Notes: a model not told the origin generated them from the letters alone. 64,000 nucleotides of DNA from Tubiluchus corallicola (GCA_030141605.1 JAQGDQ010000006.1:1240001-1304000); one strand, 5' to 3'. Numbered from the stretch's first letter, positions 1 to 13,726 are shown. A program made the numbers and translations.

Positions 1-3000
1 TGAGCTTGCTGACAGGAGCCGAAAATGGGATTCATTTAGAGCCTGTTGTGACTGACTTGGTAACTGATATATCAATTTTTTTATCTAGGTTGAATATAAG
101 TTAAAAACAATCAGTTTAAACTTTTTGTTGAATGTTTGTGGTTACTTTTTTGGCATTTATCAGTATACATCAAAAGTTTGGGGGTAAATACTGTACTGAG
201 TTAATTTAAGAAGTCATCAGATTAATTCAATTCAGTGAATTAATTTTATTTTTCTCCACAAAATACAACAATTTCTGTAAATTTATAATAAAAAATTATG
301 TAACGGAGAAGGGGTAGCAAAGGGACCATACAGTCATCAGTTCAGCTGCTCCTATGATGATAATAACTTGTTGCAACATATTACTTTATTTAGGGTATTT
401 ACAGTTGATGTTTTGAAAAATAAACCATAAAAATAACAAACAATAAGTCTCTGTATAAAAGTGCAAAACAAAAATGTAGACCTTGGGCAAGAGAAACAAA
501 ATAATAATCGCGATCAAACTGAAATACAACAAAAACTAAAATAATTTGAATTTTTGATCCACTAATGTAAACAAGCCTCAAACAGAATTCAAAGCTATCA
601 GACTCCATTAACGTAAGCTTCCTTGTACTTGCGAATTGTTTTTATGTTATGTTGCCTTTCTAAATTAGAATTGAAGTTTAGATAACTCTTGAGTCATGAA
701 ACTTTGTGTTAAAAATTTCAGTTAGTGTAGTGCCAATTATGCTTTTCCTTGATCATGGTTAGATTTTGATCACTTGTTTTCTAGGTATTAATCCACTAAC
801 AATCACCAAAAAATCTATGCCAAACACTGTTCACTTTGACATATTGTGTAGCTTTTTGTTGACTGGGCTTACTTGTAACATTATGTGCACATGGTGATTA
901 CTATAACCTCTACATTTAACTGGTAAATAATAGTCAGGATCCAGTGGCGTCGTGCCATAGGCCCCCCCCCCAATTTTTTAGAAAATGTCAAAGAGAGAAA
1001 CATGAGAACTCGACGGCAAATTTATTTCCGACTTTTTGACACACAATAACGGGCCAGCGCTCCATAAATGCGAACAGTATGAGCGTTTCGGTACAGTAGC
1101 CCAATAATATTTTTTATCATTAAAGTTTGTCGCTGAGTTAAATTATTCTGACTGTTAATACCTGCCTGACCAGATGTGTTTACCTGAAAGTCAGGATGTA
1201 GTTAATTTGTTTGCATGTAATCTATTCAGGAGGCAGGCAGGAACAGTTAACAAAGCAGCTCGTTGAGATAGTTCTGCGTCGGATTCCTGACACCTAATAC
1301 ATACTTAATTAAATTTTAATTTAATTTTAATTAAGTTTCCGTTGCTATAGCTTTAAGTTAAATGCCAGTTGGGAATAAATAAATCGTTTTTCTTGCATGC
1401 AAAATACTGTGTTTGAATTCAACATTATACATTTTTAAACAGTTAAGTTCCGCCATTATATACAGTCGGGCCCCCCTAATTTTTTTTGGTGCACGATGCC
1501 CCTGTCAGGATCCGGCCCCATTCATCTAAAAATGCTAAATGTCTCACTTCAGCATGTCAGTTAAATTGTGTGGTAAGTGACATTTGCTCTGCTCTAATTA
1601 GCTTTTCCAATTTGTAATCTGTTTTTCCCTATCGAGTTTCAGAGTGCAGTATCATTTCTGGATTCTCTGCTATTTAAGTATAAAGATATAAATAAAGTAT
1701 CTCTCTTTTCAGTTAATATGCACTAGCTAAGCATTTTTTGGGAACTGAATTTTAAATGTAAAATAGATCACCAACTGGTGATTTTGATCTTTTAACCTCA
1801 GGTTGCTGATCACTGAACTCATAAACACCGCGCTTAGATGTGTTTTGTAGTTTGCACACAGGTAAACAAATTTGATTCCTACTAAGCTGAAAATTTGGAG
1901 GCCATTTCTTTAGGCCACAAAATCATTTTATTTTTATAAAATGTTTTGCCAAAAATGCACCAAAATTCTAAACAATAAGCATTCAAATGAAGCCATAATA
2001 TGTTATTTAGCATGCAGATTGATTAAACTAAAAAAAATCTGCTTTAACATTCACATAAAATGTAAATATAAACTGCAGTCTTTTTTTATGTTAAGCTCGA
2101 GGCTATGGAGGCAAATCTGTATGGTCAAATTGATATCTTACTCTTCAATCCCCCTTATGTGGCAACACCCAGTGATGAGGTATGGTTTGAATAGTCTACA
2201 CTATTTATTTAATATTGTAATGTTATCAGTTACAGCTTATTGTTGACTGTGACTGAATAAATATTTAAATGCATTTGAGAGCTATTAAAATCAACCCATT
2301 ATGAAGTACATATGTATATGTATTTGTAACTAGAGGTGTTTTTAATACTTTACTCTAGAGGTTATAAAAGTATTTGGTTGATAAACGGTGGTACAAAGCT
2401 ACAATCACATTTCCCGATTTTAGTCTTCCCAATTGAATGCTTGCTTTTTGAGGGTCACTCGCTATTTTGAATTCAGAAGCACCCTTTATTGCGCCTCTTT
2501 CCCACACTTATCAAAATTGCACTCGGAAAATGCTTAGTTGCTAGTGATTTCGGAGTCGCCCATCAGGCGAGTAACAATTCAGTGTTTGGAAAGCAAACCA
2601 GTGAAATCACTAACTAATAAATGACTTAGTAAATTAACAAAATAACTCTAAAAATACAAATAACCTCCAAGAATAACTCCAAAAGTAATTTTTCTTTCAA
2701 ATTATTGACTTCTTTTTCACATGTTCCTAGTCTCTAACTCCAATATGCTGTTAGTGATGAGACAAATCTACAGCAGAATGAGACGAACTCTGCTAGTGGA
2801 CAATCAGCACCATTCTTAGTCATTCACTGTGCTGCTCATAATACTGATCCCCATGATACCGTTTCAGTTGTACTTGGTCGTGTTGGTTACTGGACTCAAT
2901 ATTTTAAGAAATGGTGTATTACTTTATGGTGTAGAATACACTTTCAGAGGCAAATAGCTTTAATATTCATCAAGTTATGTGCAATTATACCTTATGATAG

Positions 3001-4161
3001 AATAGCTAGATAACAACACTATCAAATTTATATGATGTTTAATACATCAGGTTAAACAAGGCCATCATAGTTATCAAGTGATTCAGTCTACAAAAATGAA
3101 AATTTTTAAAAGCACGCCAACAGCTTTTTTTACTCCCATGCATATTTTAAAAGAAAAGCACTGCCTATTGAAGTGTTTATTAGACTTCTGGTAGGTATAT
3201 TCTTGATTATTGCTTTCGCCAAAAATGAAATGTTTTACAGATACGTGTACACAGTTAAATGAATTATGCAGTGGTCTTAGAAGTTTCTTTCATAATTACA
3301 TTTTTTTTAAAATATTGTTTAAATAATTTTATGGTTTGAATATGTATCTTCGAAGAAACAGTTACATGATGTATGCTTGAAGTACATATTGACAGTAAAG
3401 AGTTATTTAGTTGTTTGAATGTGCAGGTTGGAAGTAAAGACATCTCAGCAGCTTGGGCAGGTGGTGTTAATGGCAGAGAAGTGATTGACAGACTTCTTCC
3501 CAAAGTGGCAAAACTTTTGTCACCATCGGGGATTTTCTACTTGTTGATTAGTAAAGAAAACAACAAACGTATGTGCAAAACTTAAATTTCAGCTTGCATA
3601 ATTTGCTACAGTAGAATGCACTTTTAGAATACTGTCAAGTTGTACTATCCTTCTCCAAAATAATGTTGTGCTTTTTATCTTTCTTTTCCAAGAGAAGAGA
3701 GCTGCGTTTCTATAAATGCTACAAGTGCAGCATTTTGCTGGATTGTAGCATAAAATTTCTGTAAACATTGACCAATGTTTATTTAATAAAGAGTGTCAAA
3801 GACTTTTTATAAGCTTGGTTTCACAATGATTACTCACCCCAAAAAGGTATTTATCAGGGTATTGGCAATGAGAAAGGTTTAGTTTCAAAAAAGAGTGTAC
3901 TAAAAATGGAAAATCCCCAAAAAGGCCCCCCTTATTGCATCATATTTTAAGCAAAGTTTTACAGAAGTGATCAGCCAAAGTTATTGTGTTGCTGAAGAGA
4001 CTTTAAATTATAGCCTGTAAAGTACCTTATTTTGTATTTGTATGCTTTCAGAAGAAATATTTAATATGCTGAAAGAACAAGGATTACAAGTGACAACGTT
4101 CTTGTCGCGGAGGAGTAGTTGTGAACATCTTTCTGTACTGAAAGTCACTCTTTCAAAATGA
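1..4161 (+). CDS. N6AMT1: Methyltransferase N6AMT1/HEMK2 (eRF1 glutamine methyltransferase), 5'-partial, multi-exon
   Basis: Exons <1-59 (SLLTGAENGIHLEPVVTDL), 2096-2179 (IDILLFNPPYVATPSDE, NPPY motif), 3427-3568 (AAWAGGVNGREVIDR...GIFYLL) and 4052-4161 (…EHLSVLKVTLSK*). All introns are GT-AG and phases are consistent. The gene begins upstream of the window. Confidence 0.93.
942..1504. mobile_element. hAT-type MITE in N6AMT1 intron
   Basis: Imperfect 14-bp TIRs (CAGTGGCGTCGTGC / GCACGATGCCCCTG) with a perfect 8-bp TSD, TCAGGATC, at 934-941 and 1505-1512. Confidence 0.85.
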
Positions 4162-6910
4162 CAACAAAACTGAAGTCTTGAAACATGATATAGGCACCAA
4201 TAAACAACAGGCATATTAGTTGCCAAGCTGTTACAATAAGTAGTCTTGAGGAGACGCTCTCACCATATTTCATGAGACTGCAAATAATACTTTCCTTCCC
4301 GTTCAGCACTGATGCTACAGCCTGATGTTGTTTGAAGAATGCTATATTAAGTTATCTGAGAAGACATTTTCCCGTCACATGTGAATGGAACTTGTACGAG
4401 AATGGCATACTTGGTGTGTTATACTCTTTCATTAAAATGCACTGCAGTGCACTAGAAGTATTACAGCATTTGGAGCGATATGTCCTTAGTGGCAAACGTA
4501 ATGAGCAAAATAGAACAAGTTGTAATTAATGCACAAATGTAAAAACGAACTTTGAAATATTGATTGCAAAAAGTATTGGAGCTGGTGAAATTTACTATTG
4601 GAAACAAAAGAAATGTGAAAACTGCCAGTGCTAAAACTTAAGCGTGTGGACCTGAAATCCAACATGAAAAATCTGCAGGCTTTTGCTTTGCATGTTTATA
4701 TGTCTGTTTGATGTTCGTATGTGTAATAAATTCCTTTGTCATTTCAAGTAAGTCTTGCAGCTAGGAGAGAAACCTTGGCCATTTGCCTCAGACAACATAT
4801 ACTCTGTGAGAATCTGTTGTCATTCAGATTAAACCCTACACATGTACATGAAATCTAACTCAATACCAGTAGGGAAAACCTCAATCATTTGCCTCAGACA
4901 ATATGATTGGTTGAGTACATCATTTCAACCAAAGAGAAAGTGTTTCAGCACATAATAATGGTCATGCAGTTGCTCACTACAGTAACACAGAAAAAAAGTT
5001 GAAGATTCTTTCCATATCTGTAGCTACAAAACTGCATTCATGAGAAATTATCTTAAATAAAATCAGTTACATAATGCAGACTTGACAACTCTCTTGCGTT
5101 AGGCAAAAATTGCTTATTTTTATTTTTTTGCCTTTATTTTTTTGATATTTTGTGTTCAATACAATAAAAGGTCCACATTTCTAATGTATCAATTTGCCCC
5201 TTGAAACCTCTGCCAGGGACGATCCAGATAATGCCCGAGCTGTCTACATTTCACTCATTTTTACATCAAATGGTTGGCACTTGGCAGATCTGATGAATGA
5301 CAAACTTTGTAATACATTAACAGTTATGTTTCCAATAAATAAGTATGTTAAAACTTGCTTGATCAAGAATGACATTAATTTACATTGCCCGAAATTTAAT
5401 GAGTAAAAATTTTAGAATCTCGTCATGTATGACAGATCCAGAATTATCTGGAAAATAATTTCTAGATCAATTCAAGGATTTTGAGGTCATGATAAAATAT
5501 TATATTAAGTACAAGGAATATTTGCTGTTGAACACCCTAGTAAGCATTCTTATGATTGTATCACGCTCTGATAACCCACCCAGTATTTGTTTATATGGCT
5601 ACTATAGTGCTATTGGTCAATATGATCTCATTTATTTTGCTTACAAAACGTATTTGAAGACCGAAGCAAATAAAAGTTACTAAGCAATAGCCTATAACTT
5701 GTCATGCGCCTCTGATTATTGGTTTAGTATCAGTTTTGTTAAATTTTCTGTAGAAACCTTTCACATCTGAGAATAATACAAAAAGCTGAGGATGCATGAG
5801 ATTGGAGAATTCTGTGTAACAGTGAGTTAGGTGTCAAATATGCGAGTCCCTTGGAAAAAAACTTGACAAGGAAAGTTTTATGAAAATCTCAGTTGCAAGA
5901 GTACTTAAGAGGCAGGGAATACGTACCTCACACACAAATACTACAAGTAGTGTACATATGATATTTACACAGTCAAAACTCTCAACAATTAAAGTCTGCA
6001 GAAGAAAATATTTTTTACGTATGACAATTAGATTTGTCGCCTTTAATTATTGTAGCCACTTTTGTTATAGTACTATTGTTACATTAGCTAAACCTGTATT
6101 TTGTGAAACATTAAATATTTGACTGTTTATCAGGCAAACGTGAGGTGCGTACAGCTATATGTCAACAAAAAATATAGATTGTTATTAAAGAGACATCCAT
6201 GACGAGTATGAGGCTCTTGAACTGAAATGCTTAAATTCTATTGTTCTGTGTTAACTGCTGAACACATGGATATGTGAGTAATTAAACGTCAATGCAACAA
6301 ATGGCCAACAATTCTTTTTACGTCAATCAAAATCACTATATCTTTTGCACATGCAAGATGTATTATCTTACCTGCATCTACATCTGTGACAGTCACCATT
6401 TACAGAAACTGTTAAAACTATCAAATATTGATGTTCAGTGCATTAGTCGAGTATTTCCGAGAAAACTACAAAGCATTTTTCAACTTGTGTAAGTCGAAAC
6501 TTAATTTGTCTAAATTTCATCGTTCTGTTAAACAGTGATGGAAAATAAGTCTTGTTCACCACAGATTTAAACATCTAACACAGTAAATATTGACTTGTTG
6601 CCAAAAGAGCTGACACTAAATCTATTGGTTATTATAGAATAAATTTGTTAGGTTCACGCGTCTCTACAAAATAAAGTCCCATGAATTTGGCTTAATTTTT
6701 TTACAAAATTAACATATCTTTAAAAGTAAATACGTTGACAGTATTAAACACAACACAAAGTAATCTTAATGTTAAACATTAAACATTAACTATTTTTATC
6801 TTACATCACACACATATACAGAGCAAACAGCATTCGAGCCATAACATTAGAACTGTTACTATAAAAACAAATACTGTATTAGAATATATAAAAAAGATAA
6901 GACTTGTCTG

Positions 6911-9900
6911 TTATGAAAAGGTGATACCGCCTCCTGAATATTCCAGCCTCTGTAAAAAAATAATATTTTTTACTAGTGTGGTTTGCACAAGTAATGCGAC
7001 AAACATACAGACAACTGTTCTGAAATAATAGCCTCCAAGTTAATGAAGTTTGCAATACTTTCCTTGGTGTGCACCAAGATTCCAGTGTATTCACAGATTT
7101 TGGATGCACAATTTCAACAGGTGAGTGGCAATCAGAAGGCTCATAAACAAACATTTTTGAAATTTTAAAACAGAATTATCTGCCCTGGAAATAACCAGCT
7201 TTTTTTCTTGAAAATGTATAATTTATTTCCCCCGACCCCACCTCGTATACTTATCAATATGTGTTACCAGGTAAAATCACAAGGAAATTCACCTTTTATT
7301 GAATGGATATAACTAAAACATGCGCACTAACTATACAACATAGTAATATAAAATGCACCTGCTGTGGTTGAACAAAAGCTAACCAGTCCGATGTATGTGT
7401 AGGTAATAACCCCATAGACTGACATTTATATAAGGCAAGCGCTATTCCTGCTAAATTTCCTATAAGATATACGAATCGTTGAATCGGAGCTTGACTGCCC
7501 TCTATTGTTTGAAAAGCTGAAAAAATTCATGGATATTATGTCCACAGATCAGCCTTCAGTTGATTTGTCGCACAGCTATGCAAAATGTAATATTACACAA
7601 ACATGTCTTTCTGGCACATAAACAGTAAAATTAATTTTGTATAACATGTAATAAACAAAAATTGCATTGTTAATTTTTATTCATCACTATGAAACTCAAG
7701 CGACCTTTTGTTCCATTGTATCATACAATGCACATTATTTGCATATTGGGCAGACACAATTCACAAAATTCAGTCAAATTAAATAAAGGCTGAGAATTTG
7801 TATGTGGAAACCATAGTCAGCTGGGAAGAAGAAACTTTAATGCCATAGTTTCTGTAAGTCTGAAAGATAATATATGACCATTTTTGTTGTAACTACAAAA
7901 TGGTTACCTAATTTGACTAATCTTAGTACAACTGTGCTCAGCTTGTGTGAGTCACACTTTGCTGCAAAACGAAGTTAGTAAGGGGTATGTTTAGTTATAA
8001 ATTTACAGCTGGCCTCTATAATTTATTAATCGTATAGAAGGTTAACAGTAGATCAGAAATTGTATAATGTTGCTGTTCTTTACACAATTTCCTTAAATGT
8101 TGTTCTTTATTGTAATTCTGACTGAAACCAGCTGCCGGCATTTTGGCTATAAATTGTGAATATCTTTACAGCTGGTTCAATTGTATTCGGAGAATTCAAT
8201 TTCTATTTGGCTTAACTGGATTTATTATGTATTGCTATGAGCCTTGCTTAGCTGCTGAGCATACGTCATCTGTTCACATACACTGTATTGTATGCGGTGT
8301 GTACAGTATAATACAGTAATTTCTAGAAAGACATACGTAATACGTAGAATTATCTGTAAGTTGTAGCAGTCTGTCTGCAATTTTCTGGAACCTTCTCTAA
8401 TTATATAAACAAGATCGCCCACAGAGATAATATAACAGTGCAGATTAAAAGAGTTGTACATGTAAAGTGTTTTTATTGGGTGAATTTTGTAAATTTGATT
8501 TTCACGTGCATATGTTTTATAATTGCTACTGATATACTCGTTATACTTTATATTTATTAATACACGTGTTTATTATTTGTGCATTGTGATAATTATATTA
8601 GTTATTGCTAACTTATTTTGTCATTAATGACATTACTGTTCTCCACAGATATTGCTTTCATACAAATATTTAATAATAATTTCAATGACAGTAAAAATAA
8701 ATAAAAACCATCTTGTATATTGGTTTCATTTGCCAAAAGGGATCTATTTTATTCTCTGTCTCTGTGGTTTAACACATAACAGTACATCAGCTATTATATA
8801 ACACTAATTCATAAACACATGTATCTTAAGTGTAAGGTGTAAGCTTTACAGGCTCAATATACAGAAACACTTACTTGATTGTAAAGAGAACAAGGTTTTG
8901 ATTGGTCTAAATAGCATCATTCCTACCATCATAATAGGAAATATTGAAATGGTGTTTCCAGCCATGTACATAATAAACAGATTCATTGGCAACTGTTTCA
9001 ATGGTCCTAGAGCAATATCCCAAGATTTCTGTAACAAAACAACAAAACACTGTATCTTGCACCACTGAAAATATAACATGCTACAGCATTGTTTTGCACT
9101 AAACCAAGTTCTAACGAATTAACTAGGTGAAAGCTTGAAACTGCATTAAATCCTCACTAAATTAAGCACACTGAAACACAAATTACAGTATTACTGTGAC
9201 CACACTTTTGTTTTTGTAAATTTGCATCTTATATCATCAAAATTTAAAGCAGAAAGCTTCAGCAATAAAATTGTGATAAGTGCTCATGTAATTAGTAAAA
9301 TGAAATTAAACTTCCAAACACTTCAAGCTTGGGCGCACTCATTTTGAACAAAAAATGGCAGCATCCAGTGACCGTGCAATATAAACACTTATCCCATCAG
9401 ATGTTTGAGTGAACTTCTTTTGCAGATACAGTCACAACTACGAGAAATCCAAAATATTAAACGAGAGAGTATTAATACTATTTTTTGTTTTTTGATGAAT
9501 TCCGTTGCCACTAGAAAAACCAGTTACCAACGACACTATAATAATCTCTAACTCGGCTAGGTAATACATGGCACCTCAAATCATTTACATTTGAGAGGTT
9601 TTACCTTTACAACAAGATTTGGATCTCTCTGTCCAGTGTGAATGTCACTAGACTGTGCAATGCCTGTAGAACTAAATCCAACTGGCAGATTATCACTCTG
9701 CTGTTGTATAAATTGCCTATCAGCTTTCCTAAAAAAAGAACACAAGAAACAAATTAAACACACATAGCCTAAAAAAAACTTCTATCCATACTTGTGTAGC
9801 CGTAGGCTATAATAATGAGGCTCACAACAATTTTAAGGACCAAAAATTTTTCAAATAATATCAATTATTGTTTCTTAATTACAAGTTAAGCCAAACACAA

Positions 9901-10187
9901 AATACTTCGTGTTTCCAATTTCCGACCAATTGTGTTGTTATATATGCAACTAAAAAATTTATACTATAGTATAGGGTTGAAATCTAAGCCGATTAAATCG
10001 TAATTCCACAGTTCTTGTGACAGTTAACCGAATCGCCCAGAAAAGCAATAATCGGTTGACCAGAGAAAAGCGATAATGTATCTCTATAATTATAAGGTAC
10101 ACAAGTTTTCTGACCGTACCTCAAGTTGAAATCTAGTGCCCATTTGTGCCGTTTTTGACGTAAACCACTTCCGCTACTATTCGCCAT
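6911..10187 (-). CDS. EMC4: ER membrane protein complex subunit 4 (TMEM85), 180 aa
   Basis: Exons 10187-10120, 9728-9605, 9028-8875 ([37 protein letters not shown]), 7516-7359 ([19 protein letters not shown]) and 6949-6911 ([12 protein letters not shown]). Total 543 nt, phases consistent. Confidence 0.95.
9267..9390. repeat. Dispersed ~120-bp repeat, copy 1 (copy 2 at ~40119-40240)
   Basis: Shared blocks AAATTGTGATAAG, GCTTGGGC(G/A)CACTCATTTTG, AAAAATGG and ACCGTGCAATA; boundaries approximate. Confidence 0.7.
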
Positions 10188-10628
10188 TTAAGTTAATGTA
10201 ACTTCATGCAGATCTGTAATTTAACATATTCTCGTAAAATTTTCTTATTTCGCATTTGCTTAAATATTAAGCAAAAAATCAGAGAGTTACTCCGCAAAAA
10301 TTATTTTTGACACACGTAAATTTCGACTAAATTGCAACTATAACGCTGCAGCTTCGCATTACTGCCTGCTGGCGCAAAGCCGGCAAACTTGAAAAACATC
10401 TGTTAAGCTATTTGAAGCAGCTTTTCATTCTAGCCTGCAGAGTGCAGACATGATGATTAATGATAATAATAATAAATAGTAGTAGTAAGAATAAGAGTAA
10501 TAGTAATCGAAATAATAATAATAATAGCAATAACAATTACAGCAACGACTACACAGGTCAAAGATTGCCTAGTTTGAGTACTTCACATTTTGCTTCAGTG
10601 GTAGACTATTATTGCTATTATTATTATT

Positions 10629-10713
10629 CTCTAACGTAACCTAGCCACTGGGGGCGGCAAGCTAGCCCAACTCAGTGCCGGTCCCAAGCCCAGATAAATA
10701 GGGAGGGTTAGGG
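10629..10713 (+). ncRNA. Twister ribozyme (P1-type, with a P3 hairpin) at the 5' end of the RTE element
   Basis: Layout U|AA-CCUA(P2)-GCC-[P3 ACUGGG...CUCAGU]-GCCGGUCCCAAGCCCAGAUAAA-UAGG(P2')-GAGGG matches the twister core as recalled (GCCGGUCCCAAGCCCGGAUAAA...GAGGG), with one P4 mismatch (A10692). No covariance-model search was run. Confidence 0.88.
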
Positions 10714-13700
10714 TCAGGAAGGGCATCCGCCTGTAAAAACTGAGCCAAAACCTTTTTATGAATGAGTCAAAATCGGAGAAGTGAATCTAAGGACGCCACC
10801 TGTAAGTAGCCCACAGATACATCGCCCTAACTCTGTGGACAAGCAAGGGCTACCGTATCAAGAACGGATGCGGCCAAAGAAGTTAGTTCAAAAACTGAGG
10901 ATTGGAACCCTTAATGTGGGAACATTGAATGGAAGAGGTCGAGCTTTGGCACAGCTAATGAAAGAAAGAAAAGTGGATGCGTTATGCGTTCAGGAAACGA
11001 GATGGACAGGAAACAAGGCCAAAGAACTAGGTGATGGTTTTAAGCTGATCTATGGAGGTGCAAACAAGCAAAAGAGAAACGGCATAGGAATTATCCTATC
11101 TCCAACCTTGAAAGACTTGGTTATAGAAGTAAATAGGAAAATGATCGTATATTGTGGATACGTCTGGCCATTGAGGAGTGTGGACTGTGCATATTTAGAG
11201 TGTACGCACCACAAACAGGATGCTCAGAGGAGGAAAAGGAACAATTCTGGTTGGACCTACAGGAAGAATGGGAAAAAGTAGATGTGAGTGATAGGTACAT
11301 AGTTGGAGGTGACATGAACGGACATGTAGGAAGTGGAAATAACGCAATAAGACGGATTCATGGTGGAAATTCATATGGAGATGGAAATGAAGATGGAAAC
11401 AAAATAATCGACGTGGCATTAGCCTTTGACTTGGTGATAGGAAATACCATATTTTGCAAGAAAAATGAACACCTAATAACCTACCGTAGTGGGGATAGGG
11501 AAAGCCAAATAGACTTCCTACTCTACCGACGGAGAGACATCAAAGAGATAAGAAATTGCAAGGTTATATCAGGAGACCACGTAGCAGCACAACACCGCCT
11601 GATGGTTATGGATCTCACCATAGCTGTTACACGTAGGCAGAAAAGGAAAGTCATGACGGAGAAAAGGATTAAATGGTTCAAACTAAAAGAGCAGAGACTT
11701 AAACAGCTCTTTAAAGACAGATTGCTCAGAGAGGTGGACTACGAAATGGAAGAAATAAACGAATGGTAGAACAGGCTGAGTGAAAATATTATAAGGACTG
11801 GAAAAGAAATTCTCGGGGAAAGTAGCTGTGGAATATGAGAGAACAGAGAAACATGGTGGTTTGGAGAAGAGGTGCAGCGGAAAGTAAAAGAGAAGAAAAT
11901 GGCAAAGAAAAGATGGGAAGAAACCAAGTTGGACAGGGACAGAGAGTATTACAAACAGTGTTGCAAGGAGACGAAAAGAACTGTAGCTGTAGCAAAAGCG
12001 GAGGCGTATGACAACCTATATGAAGAGTTGGACACCAAGAAAGGACAGGGGAGAGTTTTCAAGTTGGCGAAGCTGAGAAACAAGAGTACAAAGGACATTA
12101 GGCATATAAGGTAGATCAAAGATGAAAGGGGGCAAGTAATACGAAAAGAAAGCGATGTCCTGAGGAGGTGGAAGGAATACTACGAGAAGCTGCTGAACGA
12201 GGAAAATGAAAGACTGGTTAGGGGACCGAATGAACTGGAGGTAACAGGGGTGACAAGACAGGAGGTGGAATTAGCATTAAAGAAAATGAAAAATGGCAAA
12301 TCTACGGGACCTGACGGAATACCGGTGGAAGTTTGGAAAGCCTTAGGAGAAGAAGGGATTGACATACTGCATCAACTGATGAGAGAAATAGTGGAGAGAG
12401 AGGTAATCCCAGAAAAATGGAGGGAAAGTACTCTGGTACCGATTTTTAAGGAGAAGGGAGACATCCAGGACTGCGGAAATTATCGGGGGATTAAGCTGAT
12501 GTCCCACACCCTGAAACTGTTCGAAAGGATTCTGGATAATAGATTGAGACAGGTGGTACACATAGGACAGCAACAGTTGGGATTCATGACGGGACTTGGA
12601 ACGGTTGACGTTATATTCACACTTCGCCAGAATATAGAGAAACACTAGGAAAAGCAAAGGGCACTACATATAGCTTTCATAGATCTAGAGAAAGCATATG
12701 ATAGGGTACCACGGCAAGAAGTGTGGAGAGGTCTGATGGAGAGAGGAGTGCCAGAAAAATATGTAAGAATAGTCCAAGAATGCTACAAGAACGTGACAAC
12801 TAAAGTCCGGAGTACAGTTGGCATAACAGAAAGTTTCCAAGTAAAAGTCGGCTTACATCAAGGATCGGCACTAAGCCCCCTACTGTTCAACATAGTGTTT
12901 GATGTCATCACAGAGAGTGTAAGGGGAAATCCACCATGGTGTGTTTTGTATGCGGATGACATCGCTATAGTGGCTGAGAGTAGAGAACACTGGAAGGAAA
13001 ATTAGAAGCATGGAGAGCAGAGGAATGAGGATTAGTAGATCCAAAACAGAGAATCTTACGACAGACATGAATGGGGATCAACGAGAAACAATAAGATTGA
13101 ACGAGTTGAAAAGAGTAAAGACCTTTAAGTATCTGGGTTCAATGATAGACGAGACTGCAGGAATGGAAAAGGAGGTGAATTTCAGGATTCAGTGTGGTTG
13201 GAATAGCTGGCGAAAAGTTTCGGTGTGATATGCGATAAGAGGATTCCAGCAAGACTTAAAGGTAGGTAAAATTCACAAAGCAGTGGTCAGACCCGCCCTA
13301 ATATATGGGCTGGAAGCAGCACCTCTAAAGAAGACCGAAGAGAAGAAAATGGATGTGGCGGAGATGAGGATGTTGAGATGGATAGTGGGAGTAACAAGAA
13401 GGGATAAAATCAGGAATAGTAATATTAGAGGAACAGTGAAAGTAGTGGAAGCCTCGAAAAAGATACAAGAGGCAAGATTGCGATGGTATGGGCACCTGAG
13501 AAGGAGAGTCGGGGAAGATCACGTGGGAAGGGAGGCCATGGAGATAAAAGTGCTGGGAAATAGAAAAAGAGGACGACCCAAGCTGAGATGGTTTGAATGC
13601 ATAAACGGAGACCTTAGAGAGAAGAACATAAATGAAGAGATGGTTAACAACAGAAATGCATGGAGAAAACTTATTCACAACGGCGACTCCGCATAGGGAA

Positions 13701-13726
13701 AAGCTGGGAAGAAGAAGAAGAAGAAG
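10638..13726 (+). mobile_element. Full-length (3.09 kb) RTE-clade non-LTR retrotransposon, decayed
   Basis: 15-bp TSD ATTATTCTCTAACGT at 10623-10637 and 13727-13741, (GAA)n 3' tail, very short 3' UTR, and a single APE+RT coding region. Confidence 0.95.
10781..13696 (+). pseudogene. Disrupted APE endonuclease / reverse transcriptase ORF of the RTE element
   Basis: APE motifs GTLNVGTL, CVQETRW, VGGDMNGHVG and SQIDFLL. RT motifs GPDGIP, NYRGIKL, DLEKAYD, GLHQGSALSP, LYADD, KYLGS and RLRWYGH. Broken by frameshifts (~11145, ~13005, ~13270) and in-frame stops (11767, 11836, 12112, 12646, 13226). Confidence 0.93.

Noticed and set aside
2091-2096. AAG acceptor of an N6AMT1 exon as a non-canonical or U12 intron
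   Set aside because: The intron is still GT-AG, and the donor GTAACT lacks the U12 RTATCCTT consensus
4780-4901. 16-bp direct repeat CATTTGCCTCAGACAA downstream of the N6AMT1 stop, as possible let-7 sites
   Set aside because: The seed match needs two G:U pairs; a small local duplication explains it
11767-12648. In-frame stops in the RTE ORF as programmed readthrough or recoding
   Set aside because: Mixed TAG and TGA stops together with frameshifts indicate ordinary decay
11121-13678. Antisense ORFs over the RTE element
   Set aside because: Shadow frames of a purine-rich coding strand, with no motifs
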